Positions 8,184 to 16,710 of a stretch of DNA of 49,363 nucleotides are shown here, piece after piece (positions within the stretch are counted from its first letter, which is position 1; the number at the start of each line of letters is the position of its first letter). The notes under the pieces are model-generated. The model was given only the letters and a program-made list of their open reading frames with translations, ran no database searches and had not been told where the DNA came from. The stretch comes from a virus. The DNA lies in IMG/VR virus record IMGVR_UViG_3300037465_000531. The stretch is one strand, 5' to 3'. The translations under genes and the position numbers were made by a program.

Positions 8184-8852
8184 ATGCCCGGCACCACCTA
8201 CCTGCCCGGCTTCGGAGAGGTGAGGTACGACCTGACCCCGGTCGCCGATTACGGGGACGGCCAGACGTCTGCCGTCATCGGCCTGATGGCGAAGTACGCC
8301 GCCGAAGACAGCGAATCGACGGAAGTGCGTCAGGCGGTTGCCGCTGCACAGCGCCTGTATTCGGGCCTGACGCCGGAAGAGCAGGTCTACCGCTTCGCCC
8401 GCAGCCGCATCCGCTTCATCAACGACGAGGCGCTCAGCCAACCGTTCCAGCGCTGGTATCAGGACTACATCGTCGAAACCCTCATCCGGCCCCGCGACCT
8501 GCTCACCCTGCCCGTGCCCGTGGCGCAGGGCGACTGCGACGACTTCTCCATGCTCGTCGCCTCCATGCTGCTGGCGCAGGGCATCAAGGCCAGCTTCGTC
8601 ACCGTGGCCGCCGACGACCGCGACCCGAACCAGTTCAGCCATGTCTATGTCGCGAGCTACCGCGACGGCAAAAGGTTTCCCATCGATGCCAGCCACGGCC
8701 CCTTCGCCGGATGGGAGGTGCAGGGAGTCTACCGCCGGACGGAGTGGCCCGTCCGCAAGGCAGTCACTCTGGATCTGGACATCGACAGGATGCGGGTTCC
8801 CCTGATCGCGCTTGGCATCATCGGAGCCGTGGTCCTGTCATCGAGGAGATAA
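8184..8852 (+). CDS. Transglutaminase-like (papain-fold) protein with C-terminal membrane anchor
   Basis: Cys-His-Asp in family order: AQGDCDDFSMLVASML ... FSHVYVASY ... FPIDASH. C-terminus VPLIALGIIGAVVLSSRR. No SD; TACAAT ends 9 nt before the ATG. Confidence 0.6.
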   Translation: MPGTTYLPGFGEVRYDLTPVADYGDGQTSAVIGLMAKYAAEDSESTEVRQAVAAAQRLYSGLTPEEQVYRFARSRIRFINDEALSQPFQRWYQDYIVETLIRPRDLLTLPVPVAQGDCDDFSMLVASMLLAQGIKASFVTVAADDRDPNQFSHVYVASYRDGKRFPIDASHGPFAGWEVQGVYRRTEWPVRKAVTLDLDIDRMRVPLIALGIIGAVVLSSRR

Positions 8853-8858
8853 AGACTC

Positions 8859-9173
8859 ATGATGTACGCCGCGCAGCCGTGCTGCCAAGGATTAGCGGGA
8901 AGCTGGACCGACTGGTTCCAGTCCATCACCCAAGGGTGGAGCCAGACCGGCCAGCAGATCCTGCTCAATCAGAACCAGCCGCTGGTCATGGAGACCGGAG
9001 CTGGGGGAACGAAGGTCTACCAGACGGGGCCCGGCACCCCGGGTGCCGTGCTGCCAACACAACCATCCACGCCGGAGCGCGTCGTGCAGAGCAGCTTCTC
9101 GGGGCTATCGCTCCTGATTCTCGGCGGCGTAGCTCTGATTCTGCTGCTCAGAACACAAGGAGAAGGAGACTGA
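8859..9173 (+). CDS. Tail-anchored membrane protein
   Basis: No signal peptide. C-terminus LSLLILGGVALILLLRTQGEGD. Confidence 0.7.
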   Translation: MMYAAQPCCQGLAGSWTDWFQSITQGWSQTGQQILLNQNQPLVMETGAGGTKVYQTGPGTPGAVLPTQPSTPERVVQSSFSGLSLLILGGVALILLLRTQGEGD

Positions 9174-9177
9174 AACC

Positions 9178-9552
9178 ATGCCACTGCGAGTAAAGAACAT
9201 CGCTGCCGGATACTACGATTCCACGGGCTTCCACCCGATCCGGGCGTCTCAGGACTACGACCCGGGGCGCATCGGAGAAGCGGAGAAGTACAAAACCGCG
9301 AAGGGAAAGAAAGGCGCGAAGGGAAAGGCCAAGCGTGCGGCGGAGGTAGCCCGCACCAGCCGCGCGGCGCGGGCGACCCTGAAGCGGGCCTCCGGGCGCA
9401 GGAAGCGGGGAGAGGCGGCGCTCGAAGCCGCCAAGGCGGCGAAGAAGGCGGCCAAGCGGAAGAAGAATCCGATTCCCACCAACCGCTACGTCACGGCCAA
9501 GATCAAGCGTACGCGCAGCGGCGATCTGAAAGTCATCCTTCCCTTGAGGTAG
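9178..9552 (+). CDS. Highly basic Lys/Arg/Ala-rich protein (nucleic-acid-binding-like)
   Basis: KTAKGKKGAKGKAKRAAEVARTSRAARATLKRASGRRKRGEAALEAAKAAKKAAKRKKNP. Confidence 0.7.
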   Translation: MPLRVKNIAAGYYDSTGFHPIRASQDYDPGRIGEAEKYKTAKGKKGAKGKAKRAAEVARTSRAARATLKRASGRRKRGEAALEAAKAAKKAAKRKKNPIPTNRYVTAKIKRTRSGDLKVILPLR

Positions 9553-9555
9553 CTC

Positions 9556-10290
9556 ATGGCGCTTCGGCATCCGGTGCTCGGCGAATACGTCCCGTCAGTA
9601 GAAGACGTCGTCCTGCCGGACTACTCCGGCGGCGACTACTCGACGTGGCAGTCCGGCACCGCTGCGGCTTCTGGTGTCCTTGCCTCCGGCGTGGCGTCCG
9701 GCGCTCCGCTCGACGTCACGGCTGTCAATGCTGCGGGCGCAGCCCTAACCACGGCTGCGCCCACTTTTATGTCGGCAACCACCGCAGCAATCGCCATCCC
9801 GGTCATCGGCGCGGCGGTCGCCGGGGTCACCTTCTGGCTGATGCGGAACCGGTTGAACAACATCCGCAAGGAGAAGGCCACCCAGATCGTCAACGACGCC
9901 GAAGCCAAGATGAAGGAGAATCTGCAAGGCTATCTCAGCGGCCCTCGCACGATCTCCAGCCAGCGTCAGGCGCTGGCCAACTTCGACGCGCTGTGGGAGC
10001 ACATCGTGCAGGGTTGCACCGCCGTGGGCGGCGACCCGGGCCGCCGGTGCATCGAGGAGCGGCAGCGGGGAGGCAGCGCCCCGTGGTGCCCGACCGGCAC
10101 CGGCTGCGATTATTTCACGCTCTACCGCGACCCCATCGCCAACGACACGCCGCGCCCCGACCCGGTGCAGGCGACCATCGATCCTCTGACCGGCGAGATG
10201 GTTTCGTTCACCGGCGGCGGGCTGCTGCTGCCGTTGCTGCTGGCCGGTGCCGGGGTCCTGCTTCTGGTGTCGCGGAAGGAGGAAGAGTAG
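9556..10290 (+). CDS. Membrane protein with internal TM and C-terminal anchor
   Basis: AIAIPVIGAAVAGVTFWLM internal. C-terminus GGGLLLPLLLAGAGVLLLVSRKEEE. Confidence 0.75.
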   Translation: MALRHPVLGEYVPSVEDVVLPDYSGGDYSTWQSGTAAASGVLASGVASGAPLDVTAVNAAGAALTTAAPTFMSATTAAIAIPVIGAAVAGVTFWLMRNRLNNIRKEKATQIVNDAEAKMKENLQGYLSGPRTISSQRQALANFDALWEHIVQGCTAVGGDPGRRCIEERQRGGSAPWCPTGTGCDYFTLYRDPIANDTPRPDPVQATIDPLTGEMVSFTGGGLLLPLLLAGAGVLLLVSRKEEE

Positions 10291-10292
10291 CC

Positions 10293-10580
10293 ATGCCCAT
10301 GGTTCGCTTGGGATCCGCCGATTGCCAGTGCTTCGCGCCGCCATGCCCGTGCGATATGGAGGTGGTCTACAACGAGTCCGATTGCCCGGTCGGGACGCGT
10401 GCGGAGAGAATCTGGAGCGAGACGGCCCCGGGCACCACGGCGACAACCGTCATGCAGTACCGCTGCATGCCAACGTCTCCTGTCGGCAGCTCTGGCATCC
10501 ACCCGTCGTGGATGCTGATCGGTGCAGCTGCCGTTGCAGTGCTGCTTCTGTTCGGCGGCGGCGAAAAGGAGGACAACTGA
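10293..10580 (+). CDS. Cys-rich tail-anchored membrane protein (95 aa)
   Basis: ADCQCFAPPCPCDMEVVYNESDCP. C-terminus WMLIGAAAVAVLLLFGGGEKEDN. Confidence 0.7.
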   Translation: MPMVRLGSADCQCFAPPCPCDMEVVYNESDCPVGTRAERIWSETAPGTTATTVMQYRCMPTSPVGSSGIHPSWMLIGAAAVAVLLLFGGGEKEDN

Positions 10581-11797
10581 TGCAACTTCCGGTTCAGGGA
10601 AAGTTCGAGGAGCGGCCCGGCTGGGCGCTGCGCCCGGCGTGGGGCCAGCAGTACGGGCGCAGCCAGAGCGGCGGAGGCAAGCCCGTGTGGGGCCAGCAGT
10701 ACGGGCGCAGGGAAGCCGCCGTGGCGCTGCGGCCCGACAGCCCGTGGGCGCGGCAGAACGAGCGGTCCACATGGGGCAGGCAGCGGATGCCGGAGACGCG
10801 GGCGTTCCTGCGTGGACTGGGCGGCTACATCCCAGCCGCTCCGTTCTCCTACAACCCGCTGGAGGACATGAACCTCAAGGCGCAGTGGACGAACCAGTAC
10901 TACGCAAAGTCCGTGGAGTACGCGGACGGTGTGATCGCCGCGCTGCGAAGCATGGGCTTCGACGTTCAGGTGCTCGGCGTCGCCTGCGACCCCGCAGCGG
11001 GATGCCTCGGGATGATGCTCTATTCGGCCATCATCAACAAAGACGGCAAGACCATGGACACCAGCATCGGCAACCCGGTGCGGTACGACTCCCCGCAGCA
11101 GGAGGCGTCGGACATCGCCTACGTCTTCGGGATTTACGCAGTCCCGTCGCAGAGTTTCTCATCAGGGATCAACAACGACGCGCTCGTGCAGGCCGCCACA
11201 GTCCCGTCGTCGACTCCCACCTACGAGCAGTGGCTTCAGACGGCGACGCAAGCGCCTTCCGCGACCACGACGACGGCGACCGCAACCCAGACTACGACTG
11301 CGGCTGCGTCCTACCGCAAGGACGTTCAACTCCTCGCCCCCGACGGCTACCGCACCGGCGGCAGGTTCACCATGAAGATCTGGGGCAGCCCGGGCCAGAC
11401 CGTGGAGATCGAGGCGTGGCAGAACGGGCAGAGCCACGGCAGAAGCGCGTTCGGCACTACGGACGCCAGCGGCTACTACGAGATCTCCGGCTCGTGGCTG
11501 CCGGAGCACGCCGGGCGCTGGCAGGAGAACGTCTATGTCGGTGGCGAGGTCGTCGGCAGGCTGGACTTCGAGCTTGCCAACCCGGCGCAGACGGAACAGC
11601 CGGGCAACGTCACCGTCACGCCGGAGCTGCCTGAGGCCAACCAGCCGCCGCAGCCGGGCAGCGGGACGCCGGGCACCGGCGGCGGAACGATGACGCCGGG
11701 AGTGGTGCCGCCACCGCCGAGCGGAGGCTTCCCTTGGCTGCTGCTTGTCGGCGGCGGTCTGGCGCTGTTTCTCTTGGGAGGGAGCAAGGGCAAATAG
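10580..11797 (+). CDS. Large tail-anchored protein with WGQQYGR repeat, Thr/Ala-rich linker, beta-rich domain and Pro-rich stalk
   Basis: TGATG junction. TTTTATATQTTTAAAS linker. PPQPGSGTPGTGGGTMTPGVVPPPPSGG stalk. C-terminus FPWLLLVGGGLALFLLGGSKGK. Confidence 0.75.
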   Translation: MQLPVQGKFEERPGWALRPAWGQQYGRSQSGGGKPVWGQQYGRREAAVALRPDSPWARQNERSTWGRQRMPETRAFLRGLGGYIPAAPFSYNPLEDMNLKAQWTNQYYAKSVEYADGVIAALRSMGFDVQVLGVACDPAAGCLGMMLYSAIINKDGKTMDTSIGNPVRYDSPQQEASDIAYVFGIYAVPSQSFSSGINNDALVQAATVPSSTPTYEQWLQTATQAPSATTTTATATQTTTAAASYRKDVQLLAPDGYRTGGRFTMKIWGSPGQTVEIEAWQNGQSHGRSAFGTTDASGYYEISGSWLPEHAGRWQENVYVGGEVVGRLDFELANPAQTEQPGNVTVTPELPEANQPPQPGSGTPGTGGGTMTPGVVPPPPSGGFPWLLLVGGGLALFLLGGSKGK

Positions 11798-11798
11798 C

Positions 11799-12263
11799 AT
11801 GTCACCCGGAACCATTGTCTCGGCGCACAACGTGCTCTCCACCGTGCCGGTGAGCGAGCGCTACCTGTCGACATGCTACATGCCGACAAGCGGAGTGCTG
11901 CCGTCTCAGGTGACGTTCCGCATTTTCGTCGGCGGGATGAAGGTTTACGACGGACCGGGGAGCCCGGCGACTCCGACCTGCACCCGGCTTCCGTTCCCGC
12001 AGCAACTGGAAAACGGCGGAGAAGTCCGGGTGCAGGCCCTGCGCGACGGCGTCGTTTTGGCCGAGGACGTATACCATCATCAGGACATCGGGGCTCTGGA
12101 GCGCACGCTGCAGACGGTCGAGGGCACCGCTTCCTCGTTCGACTCACAGAAACTGTTCTTCCTCGTGCTGGTGGCTGCGGCTGTTTGGTTTTTCCTTCTT
12201 CGAGGCGGCGACAAGAAGGACGAAGACAATTTCGACTTCCTGCGGAGGATCAAGGTCAGATGA
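11799..12263 (+). CDS. Tail-anchored membrane protein
   Basis: C-terminal KLFFLVLVAAAVWFFLLRGGDKKDEDNFDFLRRIKVR. Confidence 0.7.
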   Translation: MSPGTIVSAHNVLSTVPVSERYLSTCYMPTSGVLPSQVTFRIFVGGMKVYDGPGSPATPTCTRLPFPQQLENGGEVRVQALRDGVVLAEDVYHHQDIGALERTLQTVEGTASSFDSQKLFFLVLVAAAVWFFLLRGGDKKDEDNFDFLRRIKVR

Positions 12264-12733
12264 ACACCGGATGGATCCTGATTGGCGGAGCGGTGCTGCT
12301 GTTGCTGTTGAACCGGCGACCGTCCCCTGCGACGGCGTCCGCGCCACGGATGCCCGAGACCGGCACCCCGGCTCCCGCGTCCGGGACCGGACAGCCCGCA
12401 GCCGACGCCGCTGGTGCCATGCCTGAGAGCGTGGGCGTCGCGCCGCCGGACGAGGTACTGGAGCAGGCGGCGATTGACCCGGCGAAGGCCTCGCTTGCGG
12501 GGGAGTGGAGGGTCAGCTGGCATGGGTGGAACTACTACCGGGCTCAGGCGGCCATCAAAGCCGGTTTGTGCGCCCCGCCGTGCTCGGAGTACGCGCCGGT
12601 GTTGGGAGAGCGCGTGGGACTGACCGACAATCAGGGCATCACCGCGAGCGAGTACCACGGATACCTCTCCCAGATCGGCATGAGCGGGGTGGCATGGCGG
12701 CGCGTGGCCGCCTACAGGAGGCCGTGGCAATGA
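12260..12733 (+). CDS. N-terminally anchored membrane protein
   Basis: ATGA overlap. MNTGWILIGGAVLLLLLNRRPSP followed by a Pro/Ala-rich linker. Confidence 0.7.
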   Translation: MNTGWILIGGAVLLLLLNRRPSPATASAPRMPETGTPAPASGTGQPAADAAGAMPESVGVAPPDEVLEQAAIDPAKASLAGEWRVSWHGWNYYRAQAAIKAGLCAPPCSEYAPVLGERVGLTDNQGITASEYHGYLSQIGMSGVAWRRVAAYRRPWQ

Positions 12734-13092
12734 TGGTGCGGAGTTCGCTTGGAACGGTTTACGACGACCCGGATCTGTGGATCGGAACGGTGTACGGCGA
12801 CAGCCCCGGATACGACGTGGCCGATTACATTCCTGCGGAGAATGTTCCTGCGTACTCTGTTACTGTCACAGACAGGGCAACGGAAGTGCCTCTCGTCTAC
12901 GCAGACACGTCCTCTTACGTCCTGCCCGGCGCGCAACAACAGACGCCCCATTCTGTCTGGAGCACAGCAGTTGGCGGGCAGATGACGGACGTCGCAAAGC
13001 AGGGACAGAGCCGGAGCCAGAGCGGCTTCGGCATCCCGCTACCGCTGGTGGCGGCGATTGCACTGGGATTGTTCCTCGGGCTGAGGAACTAG
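12730..13092 (+). CDS. Tail-anchored membrane protein
   Basis: ATGA overlap. C-terminus FGIPLPLVAAIALGLFLGLRN. Confidence 0.7.
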   Translation: MMVRSSLGTVYDDPDLWIGTVYGDSPGYDVADYIPAENVPAYSVTVTDRATEVPLVYADTSSYVLPGAQQQTPHSVWSTAVGGQMTDVAKQGQSRSQSGFGIPLPLVAAIALGLFLGLRN

Positions 13093-13104
13093 AGGGTTTC
13101 AGGC

Positions 13105-13284
13105 ATGATGTGCCAACTGCAGACGAACATGCCGGGAGCGGAGGGATGGAATCCGCTGGCGAGTCCTCCGAAGGAGGCTGCCGCCGCGCCGGAGACGAGC
13201 CCGCTGCTGGCGCTCGCTGTGGCCGCCGTCCTGATCCTGATCTTGTTCAGCGGAGGTGAAGCCGATGATGCTGGCTCCGATTAG
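13105..13284 (+). CDS. Small tail-anchored membrane protein (59 aa, below ORF-track cutoff)
   Basis: MMCQLQTNMPGAEGWNPLASPPKEAAAAPETSPLLALAVAAVLILILFSGGEADDAGSD. Same TM-GG-acidic tail as neighbours. Confidence 0.55.
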   Translation: MMCQLQTNMPGAEGWNPLASPPKEAAAAPETSPLLALAVAAVLILILFSGGEADDAGSD

Positions 13285-13558
13285 ACTTGGCGAAACGACG
13301 GATCCCTGCGGATCCGACTCGACCATGTGGGTGGTCATGAAGAGCACGGAGAACGGGAAGTGCTTCAACGTCTGCGTGGCGGACCCGACACAGATGTTCG
13401 AGGTCAGTTGCCCGGAGGCTGGCATCGAGACCGGAGGCATCAAGCCGAAGACTCCGAACCAGAGTCCGATGTCCGGTCAGACGATCATCCAAGGCGTGCC
13501 CAACTGGGTCGTCATCGGCGGAGCTGCTGTGCTGGGAGTGCTGCTGGCCAACAGGTGA
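13265..13558 (+). CDS. Cys-containing tail-anchored membrane protein
   Basis: GGAGG 8 nt before ATG 13265 (ORF track starts at GTG 13256). C-terminus VPNWVVIGGAAVLGVLLANR. Confidence 0.7.
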   Translation: MMLAPIRLGETTDPCGSDSTMWVVMKSTENGKCFNVCVADPTQMFEVSCPEAGIETGGIKPKTPNQSPMSGQTIIQGVPNWVVIGGAAVLGVLLANR

Positions 13559-13560
13559 TC

Positions 13561-13902
13561 ATGATGGAGAACCGCACCGGACGTCTGGATCTGTTGCTGC
13601 TCGGCATCGTCGAGCGGATCGCCAGCCGGGACCCTGTCTACGCGGCGGTGTACCAGACGTTCGAGCCGGAGATTCGAGCCGCGCTCGGCAATCTGGACTC
13701 CCCGCGCCTGCGCCGGGCGGTCAAGGCGCTGGCTTCCGGCGGCAGGGAGCAGGCTCGAGTAACGGGGAAGAGGAAAGAGGCCGAGCGCAAGCCGAAGACG
13801 GCTGCGCCCCGCAGGAAGAAGGCTGCGTTCAAAGCGCAGGTGCGAATCGCCAAGCCCAGCACGGAGCCGGTCGAGGTTGTGGAGGCAGAATGGGTCTCGT
13901 AG
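13561..13902 (+). CDS. Hypothetical protein with basic C-terminal half
   Basis: MMENRTGRLDLLLLGIVERIAS...KRKEAERKPKTAAPRRKKAAFKAQVRIAK. Confidence 0.65.
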   Translation: MMENRTGRLDLLLLGIVERIASRDPVYAAVYQTFEPEIRAALGNLDSPRLRRAVKALASGGREQARVTGKRKEAERKPKTAAPRRKKAAFKAQVRIAKPSTEPVEVVEAEWVS

Positions 13903-14375
13903 CTAAAGTCAGGATGGGAGCGTACCCGGAGGATCCGTACTACGATCCGAACCGGCCGTCGTGGCTGCCTTACTGGATCGACACTCCAACGGAATCCTAC
14001 CGGAAGTACAAGTACTATCTTTACGAGCTTCCAGCCACTGCGGACAAGCCGTACCCGGATCCGAATCCGCCTCCGGCTCCGTCGAGCCCGTCCAGCTTGG
14101 ATCTGGAGCATCAGCTGAGGACCGGGGACGTCGGGTCGTTCACCCCTGCCGACCAACTGAATCAGGATCGGTCTGCGTGGAACCAGTGGCGGCAGACCGC
14201 GATCCCCGAGACTCCGCTGGAAGCGCTGCGGAGGCAGGAAGAGGAAGAGAAAAAGCGGTCCGAGGAGGGCGGCCTGCCTCTCTGGGCGTGGCTGCTGATC
14301 ATCGGCGGCGGAGCTCTGGCGCTGGTCGTGGCGCTGAAGCCCAACATGCCTAGCGTAAGTTTCGGTTCGAGGTGA
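13890..14375 (+). CDS. Pro/Tyr-rich tail-anchored membrane protein
   Basis: C-terminal GGLPLWAWLLIIGGGALALVVALKPNMPSVSFGSR. Confidence 0.7.
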   Translation: MGLVAKVRMGAYPEDPYYDPNRPSWLPYWIDTPTESYRKYKYYLYELPATADKPYPDPNPPPAPSSPSSLDLEHQLRTGDVGSFTPADQLNQDRSAWNQWRQTAIPETPLEALRRQEEEEKKRSEEGGLPLWAWLLIIGGGALALVVALKPNMPSVSFGSR

Positions 14376-14379
14376 AACT

Positions 14380-14904
14380 ATGCCGTTCATCAACGTACAT
14401 CCCGCGCCGGGCCTAGGGGAGCTGACTCCGGGCTGGTTCATCGTGCCCAACAATCCGTTCCAGCTGCGACAGCCCGTGGCACGCACCACAGGCGTCGGCG
14501 AACTGGTCGCGGCGCACTGGACGCTGCCGCAGAATCCGCTGGCCAATCAACTGGCCACCATCGGCCTGCCCCCGGGGCAGAGTTCCCAGAAGGCGGTCAT
14601 ACAGGGGCTCGGTGCAATCGATCTCGGTTCGGAGTTCTCCTCGTGGGCGAATCCGGGCGAGTGGACGTTCAGCCAGTGGGCTCTGGTGATCGGCGTTGGC
14701 GCTCTGTTCCTTCTCACCATGCGGAAGGACCGCGCCGGTTACAAGGCCGCCAAGCTGCAAGCGAAAGCGGACTACTACCGCGCGTTGCAGGATGCGAGGT
14801 CGAAGCACAAGACTCTGGGCGGAAGAGCCGTCGACTACGCGAGGGAGCGGCGGGCGGCGGCTGCCGCTGCGGCTGCGAGGGCGGCTGTGGTTGCGGAGGG
14901 CTGA
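14380..14904 (+). CDS. Membrane protein with single TM followed by a basic helical tail
   Basis: WTFSQWALVIGVGALFLLTMRKDRAGYKAAKLQAKADYYRAL... Confidence 0.7.
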   Translation: MPFINVHPAPGLGELTPGWFIVPNNPFQLRQPVARTTGVGELVAAHWTLPQNPLANQLATIGLPPGQSSQKAVIQGLGAIDLGSEFSSWANPGEWTFSQWALVIGVGALFLLTMRKDRAGYKAAKLQAKADYYRALQDARSKHKTLGGRAVDYARERRAAAAAAAARAAVVAEG

Positions 14905-14905
14905 C

Positions 14906-15487
14906 ATGCCGGGCTACTACTTGATCGACGACCGGACCAAGACGATCACTCCCGTGACCGAGGAGGACTACGAGGAGCGCCGCCGGATCGAAAGCTCGAC
15001 CCGGCGCATCGTGCCCGCCTACAGCAGCGAGGTGCAGCGTTACCTGCGGATGGGCTACCGGCTGAAGAACCCCTACATGGGCTTTCGCAAGCTGGTGTCC
15101 GCGCTCAGGAAACGGGGCGCGGAAGACGCGCGGGCGCTGGCGGCGTGGATCGGGCGGCGGAAGTACGGCAAGGAGCGGTTCCAGAAGATGGCCGCCGATG
15201 GCCGGAGACGGAATCCCGGGTCGCCTGCCGAGGCCTACGAATACATGGTCACGCTGCATGACCGCTCCGGCCATCTTGTGGAGGCCGGGCACGCGGCTTC
15301 TCTGGCCGACGCGGCCAAGTACGCGTCCCGATCCGACGTCATCCGTGACGGTTACTTCGCCTTCTGGCGCGGGGGCAGGCAGATCGCTGGAGGCAAGTTC
15401 CGTTCCGGCATGAGCGAGGACCGCTGGGCCGAGGCGTTCGCCCGTGGCGGCATCCAGTGGAGACCGAAGCGGAGAAAGGAGGCTTGA
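14906..15487 (+). CDS. Hypothetical basic protein
   Basis: In-frame ATG 2 nt after the upstream stop. Contains RLKNP and GRRRNPGSP motifs. Confidence 0.7.
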   Translation: MPGYYLIDDRTKTITPVTEEDYEERRRIESSTRRIVPAYSSEVQRYLRMGYRLKNPYMGFRKLVSALRKRGAEDARALAAWIGRRKYGKERFQKMAADGRRRNPGSPAEAYEYMVTLHDRSGHLVEAGHAASLADAAKYASRSDVIRDGYFAFWRGGRQIAGGKFRSGMSEDRWAEAFARGGIQWRPKRRKEA

Positions 15488-16710
15488 TGGCGATCAACCT
15501 GAAGACTGCTGGCGGAGACTCGGCGGTCTGGACTGCTCGCGGGGGCAGCCGCCCGTTGGACAGCGGGGACGTCGCTCATCTGGATTTCGAGGCGGCGGTC
15601 GAGCTGCTGCGGATGCTGGGGTTCCGTGTGCGGAATCCGAGGAAGAAGGGCGGCGGGGAAGAAGGAGGAGCCCAGAAATGGGATGACATCTCCAGCGCTA
15701 AGGTGGAGCAGCTGATCAACTCGTCGGACCTTCAGGAGCGGTTCAAAGCGATCCGGGGAGCGCTTGTGGCCGCCGGGATGGCGAAGTCGAACAGGGAAGT
15801 ATCTTCCATCGTGCTGTGGTCGCCGCGCCGTCTGGCCAACGTGAGCATCAACAGCGGCAACTCGAAAACCGGGCCGACGATGTGCACCAACGTGTCTCAG
15901 GCAAGCTGCCCGGATGGGAGGAACAACGCGAGCGGATTCCGGTGCCCGCTGTACGACTCCGGCTGCTACGCCGAGTGGGGCACGCAATCCTTCGCTCACA
16001 CCAAGCACCTGAACGCGGCTTCCGGCATCAGCAGCAAGGCGACCGGCAAGGACCCGTCTAAGAGCCGCTACACGCCGGAGGACGTGGCCGAGGATGAAGC
16101 CGCCGTGCTTCGCCTCGCCCACCCGTTCTGGCAGCTGCTGCGGCTGAACAACGGCGTGCGCTTGCACGTCGTCGGCGACTGCGTCACTCCGTCCGCTGCG
16201 CGGACCGTGGGCGCTGCGGCCAAGCTCTTCGCCGAGGGACGGTTGACCGGCTCCGGTGTAAGGGAAGGCGGCGCGGCGGACGCGAAAAACGTCTGGAACT
16301 ACACGCATGGCTGGCGCGACGTGCCGCGCTCGGCGTGGCCGTCCGACATCAGCGTGCTGGCAAGCTGCGACACGGTGGACGATCTGGAAGAAGCGCACCG
16401 GCGCGGCTACGGGTCGTGCGTCGTCGTCCCGGAGTACCTGCAGAAGAAAGTCGGCGAGCAGGTTGTCCACTTGGGCAAGGCGATGATGACGGACAACGGG
16501 TTCCGGCTCATTCCCTGCCCGCACGAGGTGGCGGCGAAGAACGAGAAGAACGAGCGCGTCTGGTGCCTTGAGTGCAAGCTGTGCATGAGGGACGACTTCC
16601 TCCACCGCACCAAGAGCGTCATCGCCTTTGCCGCGCACGGAACCAAAAAGGCGCAGCAGACGGCGGCGCAGTTGATCAGCATCGAGGACATGAAAGGAGC
16701 GGCTGACTGA
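15487..16710 (+). CDS. Cys-rich hypothetical protein (407 aa)
   Basis: AAAGGAGG upstream, TGATG junction. NSGNSKTGPTMCTNVSQASCPDGRNNASGFRCPLYDSGCYAEWG and CPHEV...VWCLECKLC clusters suggest metal binding. I recall a similar Cys pattern in a phage family (GP88-like), unverified. Confidence 0.7.
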   Translation: MAINLKTAGGDSAVWTARGGSRPLDSGDVAHLDFEAAVELLRMLGFRVRNPRKKGGGEEGGAQKWDDISSAKVEQLINSSDLQERFKAIRGALVAAGMAKSNREVSSIVLWSPRRLANVSINSGNSKTGPTMCTNVSQASCPDGRNNASGFRCPLYDSGCYAEWGTQSFAHTKHLNAASGISSKATGKDPSKSRYTPEDVAEDEAAVLRLAHPFWQLLRLNNGVRLHVVGDCVTPSAARTVGAAAKLFAEGRLTGSGVREGGAADAKNVWNYTHGWRDVPRSAWPSDISVLASCDTVDDLEEAHRRGYGSCVVVPEYLQKKVGEQVVHLGKAMMTDNGFRLIPCPHEVAAKNEKNERVWCLECKLCMRDDFLHRTKSVIAFAAHGTKKAQQTAAQLISIEDMKGAAD

